A stretch of 63,628 nt of DNA, filler included. It is 6 parts of 6 records of this genome, joined end to end, with 100 filler letters (N's around TTAATTAATTAA, not from the genome) between each part and the next. Parts side by side here need not be neighbours in the genome. Positions count along the whole stretch, not along the records: positions 6,325 to 29,766 come from SRR2962707_2776; 5 more parts are not named here. One strand, 5' to 3'. The notes below the pieces were generated by a model. The model had not been told where the DNA came from. It saw nothing but the letters and a program-made list of their open reading frames with translations, and made no database searches. Made by a program: the position numbers and the translations under genes. Below are positions 9,328 through 18,208 of this stretch, piece by piece. Position 1 is the first letter of the stretch; the number at the start of each line of letters is the position of its first letter.

Positions 9328-10314
9328 TCAGTTGCGATCATGGGCGATGGCGGGAAAGTCGAGCGTGCCGAGTGCCGTCGTCATGGCATAGGCAATCATG
9401 GTGAGGCCGGCATATGAGGTGGCCCAGCCTTCTTCTCGCGGCATCAGGACTATCCTGCCTACCTGGCAGGCCACCAGCACCGCACAGTATCCGGGCACCG
9501 CCTCTTCCAGCGCCGCATTGGCGTTCAGGGGCGTTTCGCCTTTGTCGCTGCGATAGCTGACGATGACCACATCGGCATCGAGCTGTGGCAGAACCTCGGC
9601 GCTGAGCTGTTCGGAAGTACCCTCGGGAATGCTCTCGATCACCTCGGGAAAGGAAAACCCGGCGTCGCGCAGCACCTTGCCGAATGAACCGTAGGGGTTC
9701 CAGACGGACAGATTGCCATTCTGGGCGTGGAAGGCGCTGACGGTCATGTCGAGATCGGCAACGCGCTGCAGTTGCGCAATCTGGGCCTGGTAGCGGGCCT
9801 TGAGTGCAACAAGCTGGTCCGACCGTCCGGTCAATTCTGCGAGCAGGTCGTAGAGCGCGAAATCGTCGCGAATGCCCGATCGGGTATCGATGACGACCGT
9901 CGGGGCAATCTTTTCCAATTGCTCGACGCTGGCCTGCTGCCAGGTGGTGGTGAGGATCAGGTCGGGTTGAACCGAGGTCAGCCGTTCCACATCAATGGGA
10001 TTATGGCCCAGATCGGCAATCCCGCCTTCGGCGAAGTCCTGGCCGGTCAGCAGCAGCGCGGCCCGGATCATGGGGGTTCCGTCGGGACCGGGGCGGCCGT
10101 GGCTGGCCACTACCGGAGCGCCAAGCTCGAGCAGCGGCACACTCAGCTCGATATCGTGCAGCGTCGCAATATTTGTGGGATCGAGCGGGCTTTGCACGGT
10201 GCGGCCGAGATCGTCGATGAAGGGGCGGGTGTCCTGTGCGGCGGCCGGAAAGGCCAGGGCCAGGAGCAGGGGGACGGACGCCAAGGCCCGGAGATGGGTG
10301 ACGGGCATGATCAT
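9328..10314 (-). CDS. Iron-siderophore ABC periplasmic binding protein (paralog 3)
   Basis: Signal peptide ending AAAQ; DTRPFIDDLGRTV, VQPDLIL, LEKIAPTVVI. Confidence 0.85.
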   Translation of the reverse strand: MIMPVTHLRALASVPLLLALAFPAAAQDTRPFIDDLGRTVQSPLDPTNIATLHDIELSVPLLELGAPVVASHGRPGPDGTPMIRAALLLTGQDFAEGGIADLGHNPIDVERLTSVQPDLILTTTWQQASVEQLEKIAPTVVIDTRSGIRDDFALYDLLAELTGRSDQLVALKARYQAQIAQLQRVADLDMTVSAFHAQNGNLSVWNPYGSFGKVLRDAGFSFPEVIESIPEGTSEQLSAEVLPQLDADVVIVSYRSDKGETPLNANAALEEAVPGYCAVLVACQVGRIVLMPREEGWATSYAGLTMIAYAMTTALGTLDFPAIAHDRN

Positions 10315-11273
10315 TCCTTTGCGGAAAGCGGGGTGAAATTGCGACCAGCAATGCCGGCGTGAACCGTCGCGATGGCGAGATCCATGGCGTTGTAAGAGAC
10401 GGTGAATGCCTCATCGCGCGGCAGGAACAGGACCTGGTCATTGCGGCAGGCGTGGAGGAAATCGCACCAACCGGGCACGGATTCTTCCATGGCAGCGCGG
10501 GCATCTGCGGGCGTGTCGCCGCGGTCGTTCCGATAGGTGATGATGACGAAATCCGCGTCAAGTTCGGCCAGGCGCTCGGCGGAGATCGACGACTCCACGC
10601 GGAGCTCTTCCATGATCTCGATCGAGCTGAAGCCGGTTTCGGTCAGGACGTGGCCCAGCGAGCCATAGGTGGGCATGTAGGACGCCACAACGACGCCGAC
10701 TTCGCCGCCGCTCAGGATCGAGACGGTGGTGTTTTCGGCATTGGGGACGGCCTGGCGCAGGCCTTCAATCTGCCATTCGAGCCGGCCCTGCAGCTTTTTG
10801 AACTGTGCGGTAGCGCCCACGGCGTCCGCGAGAATACGGAAATGGTCGGTGCCGGAGCGGTTGTAGCGGTTCAGGCTGATGCTTGGAGCAATGAGATTGT
10901 ACTGGCGAAGCAGCGCTTCATCGGCCTCGGGGGTGATGATGAGATCGGGCGAAAGGGCAGCGATGGCCTCCATGTCGTCGTCAGCCACAAACGCGATGTC
11001 GGAATTGTCAAAATCCACACCGAGAAGGGACATGCCGGAGCGCAGATAGATCGACCCGTCGCCGCGCACACGGCCACTGCTGGCTATTGGCGCGATACCC
11101 AGTTCGAGCAGGGGTATCGTCAACCCCACATCGTGCAATGCGACAATGCGTTTGGGGTGGACGGGTATTTGTGTCGTGCCGGTGTCGTGGGTGAAGTCTC
11201 GCATCTCCTGGGCGGAAACAGGCGCGAGGGACAACGCCGCTATGACTGCGGCGATGGCAAGTTTTCTGATCAT
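10311..11273 (-). CDS. Iron-siderophore ABC periplasmic binding protein (paralog 4)
   Basis: Signal peptide; PKRIVALHD, EAIAALSPDLII. Confidence 0.85.
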   Translation of the reverse strand: MIRKLAIAAVIAALSLAPVSAQEMRDFTHDTGTTQIPVHPKRIVALHDVGLTIPLLELGIAPIASSGRVRGDGSIYLRSGMSLLGVDFDNSDIAFVADDDMEAIAALSPDLIITPEADEALLRQYNLIAPSISLNRYNRSGTDHFRILADAVGATAQFKKLQGRLEWQIEGLRQAVPNAENTTVSILSGGEVGVVVASYMPTYGSLGHVLTETGFSSIEIMEELRVESSISAERLAELDADFVIITYRNDRGDTPADARAAMEESVPGWCDFLHACRNDQVLFLPRDEAFTVSYNAMDLAIATVHAGIAGRNFTPLSAKE

Positions 11274-11319
11274 AGAATCAGGGCTCCGATTGTGCCTGGA
11301 CGTCAGGCGAGTGGTCAGG

Positions 11320-11334
11320 TGGGGCCTGAATGGG
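11320..11334. repeat. 15-nt direct repeat TGGGGCCTGAATGGG, copy 1
   Basis: Identical 15-mer at 14273-14287; both copies are intergenic. Confidence 0.7.
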
Positions 11335-11339
11335 GTTGG

Positions 11340-12254
11340 TCAGTGCGGTGCAGGGTTTTCGGTGCTCACCGCATCAAGGCACCAGCGCAAAATGGTTTGC
11401 CCGCCGCCCTCGGCGACGACACCGCAATTGCCTTGGACAAAGAAGTTCTGGGCGTGCAGCCGGATGGAGAGGCGCTCGCTGAAGACATCGGCGACAAAGG
11501 TCAGCTCTGTGCCTTCATCGACATGTTCGGGGATCGACCCGCTCAAGGGGACCTCGCGCACCGTGTGCCCGCGCTCAGCGGCCCAGCGCATGGCGGCCAG
11601 TTCGGCGATCTGGGCGGGCTCGGGCTGGCCAGATCGGCCCTTATAGGCGGGCAGGTAGATTTCATCGCGCTCAAGCGCTGCGAGAAACGCCGGGGCGAGA
11701 CCGGCGGTCATGCGGCCATAGCGCTGACGCTGTGGCATCACGACCAGCGAGGCGGCAAATCGACACCCGCCGATATGGGTGGCCTGTACGATGTTGAAGC
11801 GTGTGGGATCGGCGATGGCGACCAGCGCCTTGTAGGTGGAAAAGCCATGGCGGGCGCAGCAGGCGTCGCGGCGGCTGTCGGTACAGCAAAGGATTGTTGG
11901 ACGGGTATCGATCTCGCCGGCAAAGAGCTGGCCATTGACGTAATTGCGGATAGCCGTGATCAGATCGGCTTCGTCGGGGAAGTCGGCAAAGACGTTTTCG
12001 GGCAGGGCATGGAGCGTGGGCAGGCCGCCCTGTGCTTCGACCTTGTCGACCAGGGCGACATGCAATCCTGCCTGGGAGGCTGCATGCAGTGCGGCGGTCA
12101 GATCTGCCGACATATCAACCGATTCCCACCGCGGAGTGCGCCATTTGCCACGCGGCCAGGCCAGCATGAGGATGCGCTGTGGCGCATCCCCAAGGCCTTC
12201 AAGCGGCTCGCCGCGTTCGCGGCAGAGATCGGTGCAGAAGACGTGCTTGCCCAT
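11340..12254 (-). CDS. Sucrase/ferredoxin-like (Apd1/Aim32-type thioredoxin-like ferredoxin) protein
   Basis: ILCCTDSRRDACC (C-x8-C), THIGGCRFA, YGRM, YKGRSG; family layout with an N-terminal Cys and a WP..W segment. Confidence 0.8.
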   Translation of the reverse strand: MGKHVFCTDLCRERGEPLEGLGDAPQRILMLAWPRGKWRTPRWESVDMSADLTAALHAASQAGLHVALVDKVEAQGGLPTLHALPENVFADFPDEADLITAIRNYVNGQLFAGEIDTRPTILCCTDSRRDACCARHGFSTYKALVAIADPTRFNIVQATHIGGCRFAASLVVMPQRQRYGRMTAGLAPAFLAALERDEIYLPAYKGRSGQPEPAQIAELAAMRWAAERGHTVREVPLSGSIPEHVDEGTELTFVADVFSERLSIRLHAQNFFVQGNCGVVAEGGGQTILRWCLDAVSTENPAPH

Positions 12255-12258
12255 GGCC

Positions 12259-13233
12259 CTATTCTTCAAACGGGGTGAATGACCGGCCCGCCACGTGGCT
12301 CTCGACCAGTTCGAGCGCGAGTTCGAGAGACTTCATGGTGCCCCCGAAGGTGATGCCGGGCAAAAGCACGAGCTGATTGTTTCGGCAGGCGCTCAATGCC
12401 TGGCAAAAGCCGGGGGCGAACTTTTCATAGGCCGCAAAAATGGCTTCGGGCGTGGCGGCGGCCTGATGCTTGTAAAACCCGAAGATGAAGTCAGCATCGA
12501 GCTCTTCAATCCGCTCGGGGCTGAGAGAAACGCGGCTTTCCGCAATGCCGGCCACCAGGTCGATCTGCTGGAAACCAATGTCGTCAAAGACGCGGGTAAA
12601 GGCGCCCATGCCGGTGCGATAGGCCGAAAGAGTCTCGCCGGCCGGGAAGATGAATGTCGTTGCCGCCGAAATCTCCTCAGGATTGCCGATGAACTGGCGG
12701 GTGCGTTCGACATTTGCCAGATAGCGGTCAAATCGAACGGCAAAGCTTTCCGACTGACCCGAGAGCTCGGCAAGGGCGCGCAGGGTGCCTTCAAAGCCCA
12801 GCTTGTCCTCATCGATGACGATTGCAGGCGCAACGGCCTGAAGCTGCTCGATAATGGCAGCATCGGTATAGGGCAGGCCGATGATCAGGTCGGGTTCCAG
12901 CGCGGCGACCGCCTCAACATCAATGGCGTCGCCGGTGCCGATAAAGGCAATGTCGGTGTTGTCGAAGTCGATGCCGAACGTGTCCATGCCGCCGCGCATG
13001 TAGATATTGCCTTCGCCGTCGACGCGGCCGGTGGAGCCGACGACCACTGCGCCCAGTTCCCAGAGAGGCAGGGTCAGGATCTGGTCGTTGAGCGCGACAA
13101 TGCGCTGCGGTTCGACCGGAATGTCGAAACTGCCGTTGGCGGCGGTGAAGGAGCGGGTTTCCTGGGCAATGGCAGGATGAACCAAGAGGGCGGCGACCAT
13201 GGCTGCGGCGGCCAGGATGGGTGTGAAACGCAT
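12259..13233 (-). CDS. Iron-siderophore ABC periplasmic binding protein (paralog 5)
   Basis: Signal peptide; PQRIVALND, VEAVAALEPDLII. Confidence 0.85.
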   Translation of the reverse strand: MRFTPILAAAAMVAALLVHPAIAQETRSFTAANGSFDIPVEPQRIVALNDQILTLPLWELGAVVVGSTGRVDGEGNIYMRGGMDTFGIDFDNTDIAFIGTGDAIDVEAVAALEPDLIIGLPYTDAAIIEQLQAVAPAIVIDEDKLGFEGTLRALAELSGQSESFAVRFDRYLANVERTRQFIGNPEEISAATTFIFPAGETLSAYRTGMGAFTRVFDDIGFQQIDLVAGIAESRVSLSPERIEELDADFIFGFYKHQAAATPEAIFAAYEKFAPGFCQALSACRNNQLVLLPGITFGGTMKSLELALELVESHVAGRSFTPFEE

Positions 13234-13259
13234 TGATGAAATTCCTTTTGCTGTATCGG

Positions 13260-14255
13260 TCAGGAATTGGGGGAGAGCGGCACGAAATCACGTGTGCCGA
13301 TCTGCGAAACGATGATGTCGAGCACCGAGCGCAGGGCCTGGAAGCTGACCGCGCGCATTTCCTCGCGATTGACCATGAAAACCTGGTTGTGGCGGCCGGC
13401 ATGGAGGATGTCGCGCCACCCGGGCAGCGCGGCGTCCCAGGCCTCCAGCTTTTGTGTGGGGCTCTGGTTGCGGGCGGTCCAATAGGTGTCGATCATGAAA
13501 TCGGCATCGATCCGGGGAAGCAGTTCGAGGCTGAGATTGGCATTGGCCTCTTCCATTTCGGCGATGATGGCCGGCATGGAAAAGCCAAGGTCGCGCAGAA
13601 CCTGGCCGAGCGTGCCATAGTCGCGATAGACCGAAATGCGATCTTCGAATGCTGAGGCAACGGCAACCGAGATTGTCGAGGTGTCGCCCACGGTTTCCGC
13701 CAGCGTCTGGCGGGCCCGGTCCAGCCGTTCGGCATAGCGGGCGCTGAGCCGCGCGAAGGTCTCCTCCCGGTCGGCGAGGTCGGCGACCTTGGCATACATG
13801 TCCAGCATATCCTGGCCCCAGACCTGCAGCACCACGGTCGGGGCAATCAGTGAGAGGCGGTCGTAATCGTCCGAGGCGAAGTCGGGGATGATGATCAGGT
13901 CCGGTTCAACGACCGAAATGGCCTCATAGTCGTGGTCGTTGGGACTGCCGACCCAGGTGACGCCGGATTCCTCGAAGCGGAAATCAAGCGCGTCATAGGC
14001 ACCCCGGACATAGGGGCGTCCCTCATTGACGGCCTCATTCAGCAAGCCGGACGACCCGACCAGATTTGCTCCCAATTCATAGAGTGGGGCGGTGAACTGC
14101 TCGCCACGCAGCGACACGATGCGCTGGGGCGACACCGGGATGGTGACCTCGTGGCCCTGGTCATCGACAAACAGGCGCGTTTCCTGCCCATGGGCGGCAG
14201 TGGCGAATGCCAGCAGGCCAGCCATCGCCAGGGCACCAAGCTTGATAAGGTTCAT
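13260..14255 (-). CDS. Iron-siderophore ABC periplasmic binding protein (paralog 6)
   Basis: Signal peptide; QETRLFVDDQG, PQRIVSL, VEPDLII, LSLIAPTVVL. Confidence 0.85.
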   Translation of the reverse strand: MNLIKLGALAMAGLLAFATAAHGQETRLFVDDQGHEVTIPVSPQRIVSLRGEQFTAPLYELGANLVGSSGLLNEAVNEGRPYVRGAYDALDFRFEESGVTWVGSPNDHDYEAISVVEPDLIIIPDFASDDYDRLSLIAPTVVLQVWGQDMLDMYAKVADLADREETFARLSARYAERLDRARQTLAETVGDTSTISVAVASAFEDRISVYRDYGTLGQVLRDLGFSMPAIIAEMEEANANLSLELLPRIDADFMIDTYWTARNQSPTQKLEAWDAALPGWRDILHAGRHNQVFMVNREEMRAVSFQALRSVLDIIVSQIGTRDFVPLSPNS

Positions 14256-14272
14256 AGTCTTCTCTCCAGGTT

Positions 14273-14287
14273 TGGGGCCTGAATGGG
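14273..14287. repeat. 15-nt direct repeat TGGGGCCTGAATGGG, copy 2
   Basis: Identical to 11320-11334. Confidence 0.7.
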
Positions 14288-14293
14288 TGATTG

Positions 14294-15280
14294 CTATTGG
14301 CGCGCGTCTGGCACGGGCGTTGCCGGATCGCCGTCTGACGCGGCCTCGAGCATGGGGACCATGGCGTCCAAGGCTACGGGGATGGAGAGCAGGGACACGC
14401 GCGCCATGGCCGCTACGGGCAGGTCGCCAAGAAACACCTCGCCGCCGCTTTTGCTGGCCTTGAGGAATTGGCGGCCCGGCTCGGCGGCGACTTTTTCCAC
14501 CAGTTCGTCGGTCACGTAATAGACGATGACATCAGCATCGATGACCTCAAGCTGCTCGGGAGAAAGTTCGAGCCAGAATTCATTTGGATCGGCCAGTTCG
14601 GCCATGGCCGGGGTCTGGGCAAAACCCATTTCGTAGAGGAACTTGGCCCGGACGTCGTACATTGAATAGGCCCATGGCGCGCCGTCGGTGATGCCGCCAA
14701 GGACGGCGGTCTGGTCCGCCCATTCAGGATGCGCGGCTGCGATTTCCGCCAGTTGATCGCCAATGGCGGTGATGCGGCGCTCTGCCTCGGCCTCTTCTCC
14801 TACGGCCCGGCCGACCAGCCGGGCGCGATCCTCCCAGGACAGGCCATAATCGCTCGACCCTTCCGGTACGGCGACAACCGGAGCGATCAGGCTGAGTTTA
14901 TCGTATGCGTCCTGATCAATGCCGGAATAGAGCGCGATGATGACTTCCGGATTGGTTGCCGCGATGGCCTCGAAATCGAGCTCGCCGTCGAGCAGAACCG
15001 GTTCGGTGGTCAGCAGATCCTCGGCCCAGGGGCCGGCGGTGTGCTCGAAACCATCCATGGCGCGCCACTGGCGGACGGTGACCGGCGAAACGCCCACGGC
15101 GAGGAGATTGTCGATGCCGCCATAGTCGATGCTGGCGACGGCTTCAGGCTTGGTGGGGATGACCGTCGTGCCGAACTTGTGTTCGATGGTCAGCGGAAAT
15201 TGCTGCGCCATGGCCGGTACGGCAAGCGCGAGTGTTGTTGCGCTGGCAAAGAGCAAGGTGCGAACAGGCGTGGGCTTCAT
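14294..15280 (-). CDS. Iron-siderophore ABC periplasmic binding protein (paralog 7, different subfamily)
   Basis: FPLTIEHKFGTTVIP, FEAIAATNPEVII, YDKLSLIAPVVA. Confidence 0.85.
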   Translation of the reverse strand: MKPTPVRTLLFASATTLALAVPAMAQQFPLTIEHKFGTTVIPTKPEAVASIDYGGIDNLLAVGVSPVTVRQWRAMDGFEHTAGPWAEDLLTTEPVLLDGELDFEAIAATNPEVIIALYSGIDQDAYDKLSLIAPVVAVPEGSSDYGLSWEDRARLVGRAVGEEAEAERRITAIGDQLAEIAAAHPEWADQTAVLGGITDGAPWAYSMYDVRAKFLYEMGFAQTPAMAELADPNEFWLELSPEQLEVIDADVIVYYVTDELVEKVAAEPGRQFLKASKSGGEVFLGDLPVAAMARVSLLSIPVALDAMVPMLEAASDGDPATPVPDARQ

Positions 15281-15291
15281 GGGACGCTCCA

Positions 15292-16359
15292 TCAATAGGA
15301 TTGTGAATGACGGCTGCGGATGAGCAGCAGGACAAAGACGGGGACGCCGATCAACGAGGTGAGGATGCCGGCGGGAATCTGGATGGGCGCAAAGGCGGCG
15401 CGGCCTATGAGATCGGCAAGTCCGACCAGGACGGCGCCCAGCAGGGCTGTCAGGACCAGGTGCAGGCCCATGCCGGCGGGTGCCAGGCGCTTGGCGGCGT
15501 GCGGGGCGATGAGGCCGACAAAGCCGAGTGGACCAACGACCGAGGTGGCGATGGCGGCAAAGCCGACGGCAATGACCAGTTGCAGATTGCGCACCATGGC
15601 CACCGGTGCGCCAAGGCCCGTTGCTGCCGCTTCGCCGAAGCGAAGGGCGCTCATGGCGCGGCTGAGCAGTAACAATGGAGGGAACAATGCCGCAGTCCAG
15701 CCCAGCAGCGTCCAGACATCGCCCCAGCTTGCCGCATTGATCGAGCCGGCCAGCCAGGCGAGCGCGGCCATGGCGCGGTCGATTTCGCCATAGGTGAGCA
15801 GGATCGATGTGATCGAGGAAATGAAGGCCGACAGCCCGATGCCCATCAGGATGAAGCGGATCGTGCTGCCGCCCTGGTGGGTGTGGGAGAGTGCGCGGAT
15901 TGCGGCGGCCACCAGCACCGAGCCGAAAAAGGCGATCCAGGGCCGAAGGCTGGAATTGAGCTCTGGGAGCGCAACGGTGAGGGTCACGACGGCCAGCGCG
16001 GCGCCCTGACTGATGCCGACCAGCGAGGGATCGGCCAGGCTGTTGCGCGTGGCGTTCTGCAACACGCCGCCGGACAGGGCCATCATGGCGCCGACCAACG
16101 CCGCGCAGATGGTACGGGGGAAGCGGAACTCCCAGACGACATTGTCGATGGCGCGGCTGATGGTGACGCCGCGCAGTGTCTCCCAGACCTCGCCCAGAGC
16201 AACGCCATAGCTGCCCGTGGCGAGGCTGATGGCCGAGACGATGAACAGGGCCAGTAGCAAGAGGGCTGCCATGGTGATGCCGCGCAGGGGCAGGCGCAGC
16301 GCGATGAGTTCGCGCGGGGTGCGCAGGACGATCTGCCGCGGCGGAAGAGCGAGGGCCAT
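15292..16359 (-). CDS. FecCD-family iron-siderophore ABC permease
   Basis: RFPR, QNATRNSLADPSLVGIS, GPLGFVGLIAPH, GILTSLIGVP. Confidence 0.9.
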   Translation of the reverse strand: MALALPPRQIVLRTPRELIALRLPLRGITMAALLLLALFIVSAISLATGSYGVALGEVWETLRGVTISRAIDNVVWEFRFPRTICAALVGAMMALSGGVLQNATRNSLADPSLVGISQGAALAVVTLTVALPELNSSLRPWIAFFGSVLVAAAIRALSHTHQGGSTIRFILMGIGLSAFISSITSILLTYGEIDRAMAALAWLAGSINAASWGDVWTLLGWTAALFPPLLLLSRAMSALRFGEAAATGLGAPVAMVRNLQLVIAVGFAAIATSVVGPLGFVGLIAPHAAKRLAPAGMGLHLVLTALLGAVLVGLADLIGRAAFAPIQIPAGILTSLIGVPVFVLLLIRSRHSQSY

Positions 16360-17387
16360 CAGCGGGTCCTCCGGCGCACCAGATGCACGAAGAGCGGCGC
16401 GCCGATCAGCGCGGTGATGATGCCGGTGGAAATCTCGCGCGGCGGGATGGCCACGCGCGCCACGATATCGACCGAAACGAGATAGGCCGCGCCAGTCAGG
16501 GCCGCATAGGGCACGATCCAGCGATAGTCCGAGCCGACATAGAGCCGCACCACATGGGGAATGACGAGGCCGATAAAACCCAGCGGTCCTGCCAGGGCGA
16601 CAGAACCGGCGGTCAGGACAACAACTACGGCCAGCAATTGCGCCTTGAGCATGCCGGTCTTGACGCCCAACCCCTGGGCCACTTCGTCGCCCATGGCCAA
16701 TACGGTGACGCGCGGGGCGAGCAGAATGCCGCCGACCAGCGCGATCAGCATCCAGGGCCCCACATACCAGAGCAGGGTGATATCGCGGCCGGCGAGCGTG
16801 CCTGTGAGCCAGACGCGGAGATTTTCGAAGGTGTCCTGATTGAGCAGGTGAATGACCGAGATGATGGTGCCGAGAAACGCGCTGACCGCCGCGCCGGCCA
16901 GGGTCATGCTGAGCGGGGTGGCTCCACCGGGCACCATGCGGGAAATGAAGAAGACAATGACAGCCGCGCCGAGCGCGCCGCCCATGGCGATCCAGGGGGT
17001 AAACGCCATGCTGGTAAAGCCAAAGACGGAGTGGGCGACCACCACCGCAAAGGCGGCGCCTGTGGTCAGGCCCAGAAGGCCTGGATCAGCGAGGGGATTA
17101 CGGGTCACGCCCTGCATCAGTGCCCCGGCCAGCGACAGGCTGGCGCCGACGACGACAGCGAGTGCGGCGCGCGGCAGGCGCAGGTTTTGCACGATGACGT
17201 GGTCGAAATTGGTGGAGTCGAAGCTGATCAGCGCTTCAAACACCGTGCTGATCGGCAATTGCTTGGCGCCGACTGCAATATGGAACAGGAACGCCGCGAC
17301 GAGTGCGATCAACAGGATAGGCACGCCACTCCAGGCGCGCACCGGATGCTGAGCCGCTGCCGTTGTGGTGGCGGTAATCTGGCTCAT
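16359..17387 (-). CDS. FecCD-family iron-siderophore ABC permease
   Basis: RLPRA, QGVTRNPLADPGLLG, GPLGFIGLVIPH, GIITALIGAP; ATGA overlap with the ATPase stop. Confidence 0.9.
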   Translation of the reverse strand: MSQITATTTAAAQHPVRAWSGVPILLIALVAAFLFHIAVGAKQLPISTVFEALISFDSTNFDHVIVQNLRLPRAALAVVVGASLSLAGALMQGVTRNPLADPGLLGLTTGAAFAVVVAHSVFGFTSMAFTPWIAMGGALGAAVIVFFISRMVPGGATPLSMTLAGAAVSAFLGTIISVIHLLNQDTFENLRVWLTGTLAGRDITLLWYVGPWMLIALVGGILLAPRVTVLAMGDEVAQGLGVKTGMLKAQLLAVVVVLTAGSVALAGPLGFIGLVIPHVVRLYVGSDYRWIVPYAALTGAAYLVSVDIVARVAIPPREISTGIITALIGAPLFVHLVRRRTR

Positions 17388-18190
17388 TGGGCCGCCTCGG
17401 TCACCCGGCGGCGGGCGGTGAAGGGCACGCAAACCAGGCGGCCGCTGGCGGGATCGCGCAGCACACTGGCGTCGAGGTCGAAGACCTGTTTGAGCCGATC
17501 GGTGGTAAAGATGTCGTCCGGATCGCCGGACGCCACAATCTGCCCGTCTTTCATCATCACCAGGTGGTCGGCATAGGCGGCAGCAAGGCTCAACTCGTGC
17601 AGCACGATGACCAGGGTGCGGCCGCGTTCATGCGCCAGGCCGGTGAGCAGATTCATCAGGTCGACCTGGACCTTGAGGTCGAGAAAGGTGGTGGGCTCAT
17701 CGAGCAGGATGAGTTCAGTTTCCTGGGCCAGCACCATGGCGACCCAGCAACGCTGGCGCTGCCCGCCAGAGAGGGTGTCGACCGAGCGATCGGCGAAATC
17801 GGTTATGCCGGCGGTCTCCATGGCGCCGTTGACCGCATCCTCGTCGGCCTGGGTCCACTGGCGCAGCAGCGATTGATGCGGGAAGCGGCCCTGGGTCACC
17901 AGTTCGCGGACCGTCAGGCCTTCGGGCGCGATGGGCCCCTGGGGCAGAAGGCCAAGCCGGGCGGCGACGGATTTGGTGTTGAGCGTGTGGATATCCTTGC
18001 CCTCGAGCAGCACGTGGCCGCGCGAGGGCGGGAGGATGCGGGCCATGGTCTTGAGCAGGGTGGATTTACCGCAACCATTGGGCCCGATCAGGATGGTGAC
18101 CTGACCATCGGGGATGACCAGATCAACCGATTTGAGGATGGTGGTCTCGGCATAGCCGGCATGGATTTGAAGTGCTTCAAGCCGGCTCAT
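17384..18190 (-). CDS. Iron-siderophore ABC ATPase (FecE/FhuC-like)
   Basis: GPNGCGKST, LSGGQRQR, LLDEPTTFLD; GGAGG SD before MSRLEAL. Confidence 0.9.
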   Translation of the reverse strand: MSRLEALQIHAGYAETTILKSVDLVIPDGQVTILIGPNGCGKSTLLKTMARILPPSRGHVLLEGKDIHTLNTKSVAARLGLLPQGPIAPEGLTVRELVTQGRFPHQSLLRQWTQADEDAVNGAMETAGITDFADRSVDTLSGGQRQRCWVAMVLAQETELILLDEPTTFLDLKVQVDLMNLLTGLAHERGRTLVIVLHELSLAAAYADHLVMMKDGQIVASGDPDDIFTTDRLKQVFDLDASVLRDPASGRLVCVPFTARRRVTEAAQ

Positions 18191-18208
18191 GCGACCCTCC
18201 ATCAGGCT

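Noticed and set aside
10359-12278. 639-aa plus-strand ORF (also 17387-18742, 16383-17576, 45603-46952 and similar)
   Set aside because: Antisense shadows of well-supported genes in GC-rich DNA; no recognisable motifs
7337-14255. Diversity-generating retroelement, shufflon or integron explanation for the SBP array
   Set aside because: No reverse transcriptase, recombinase, integrase, near-identical template repeat or attC-like sites seen; paralogs are broadly diverged
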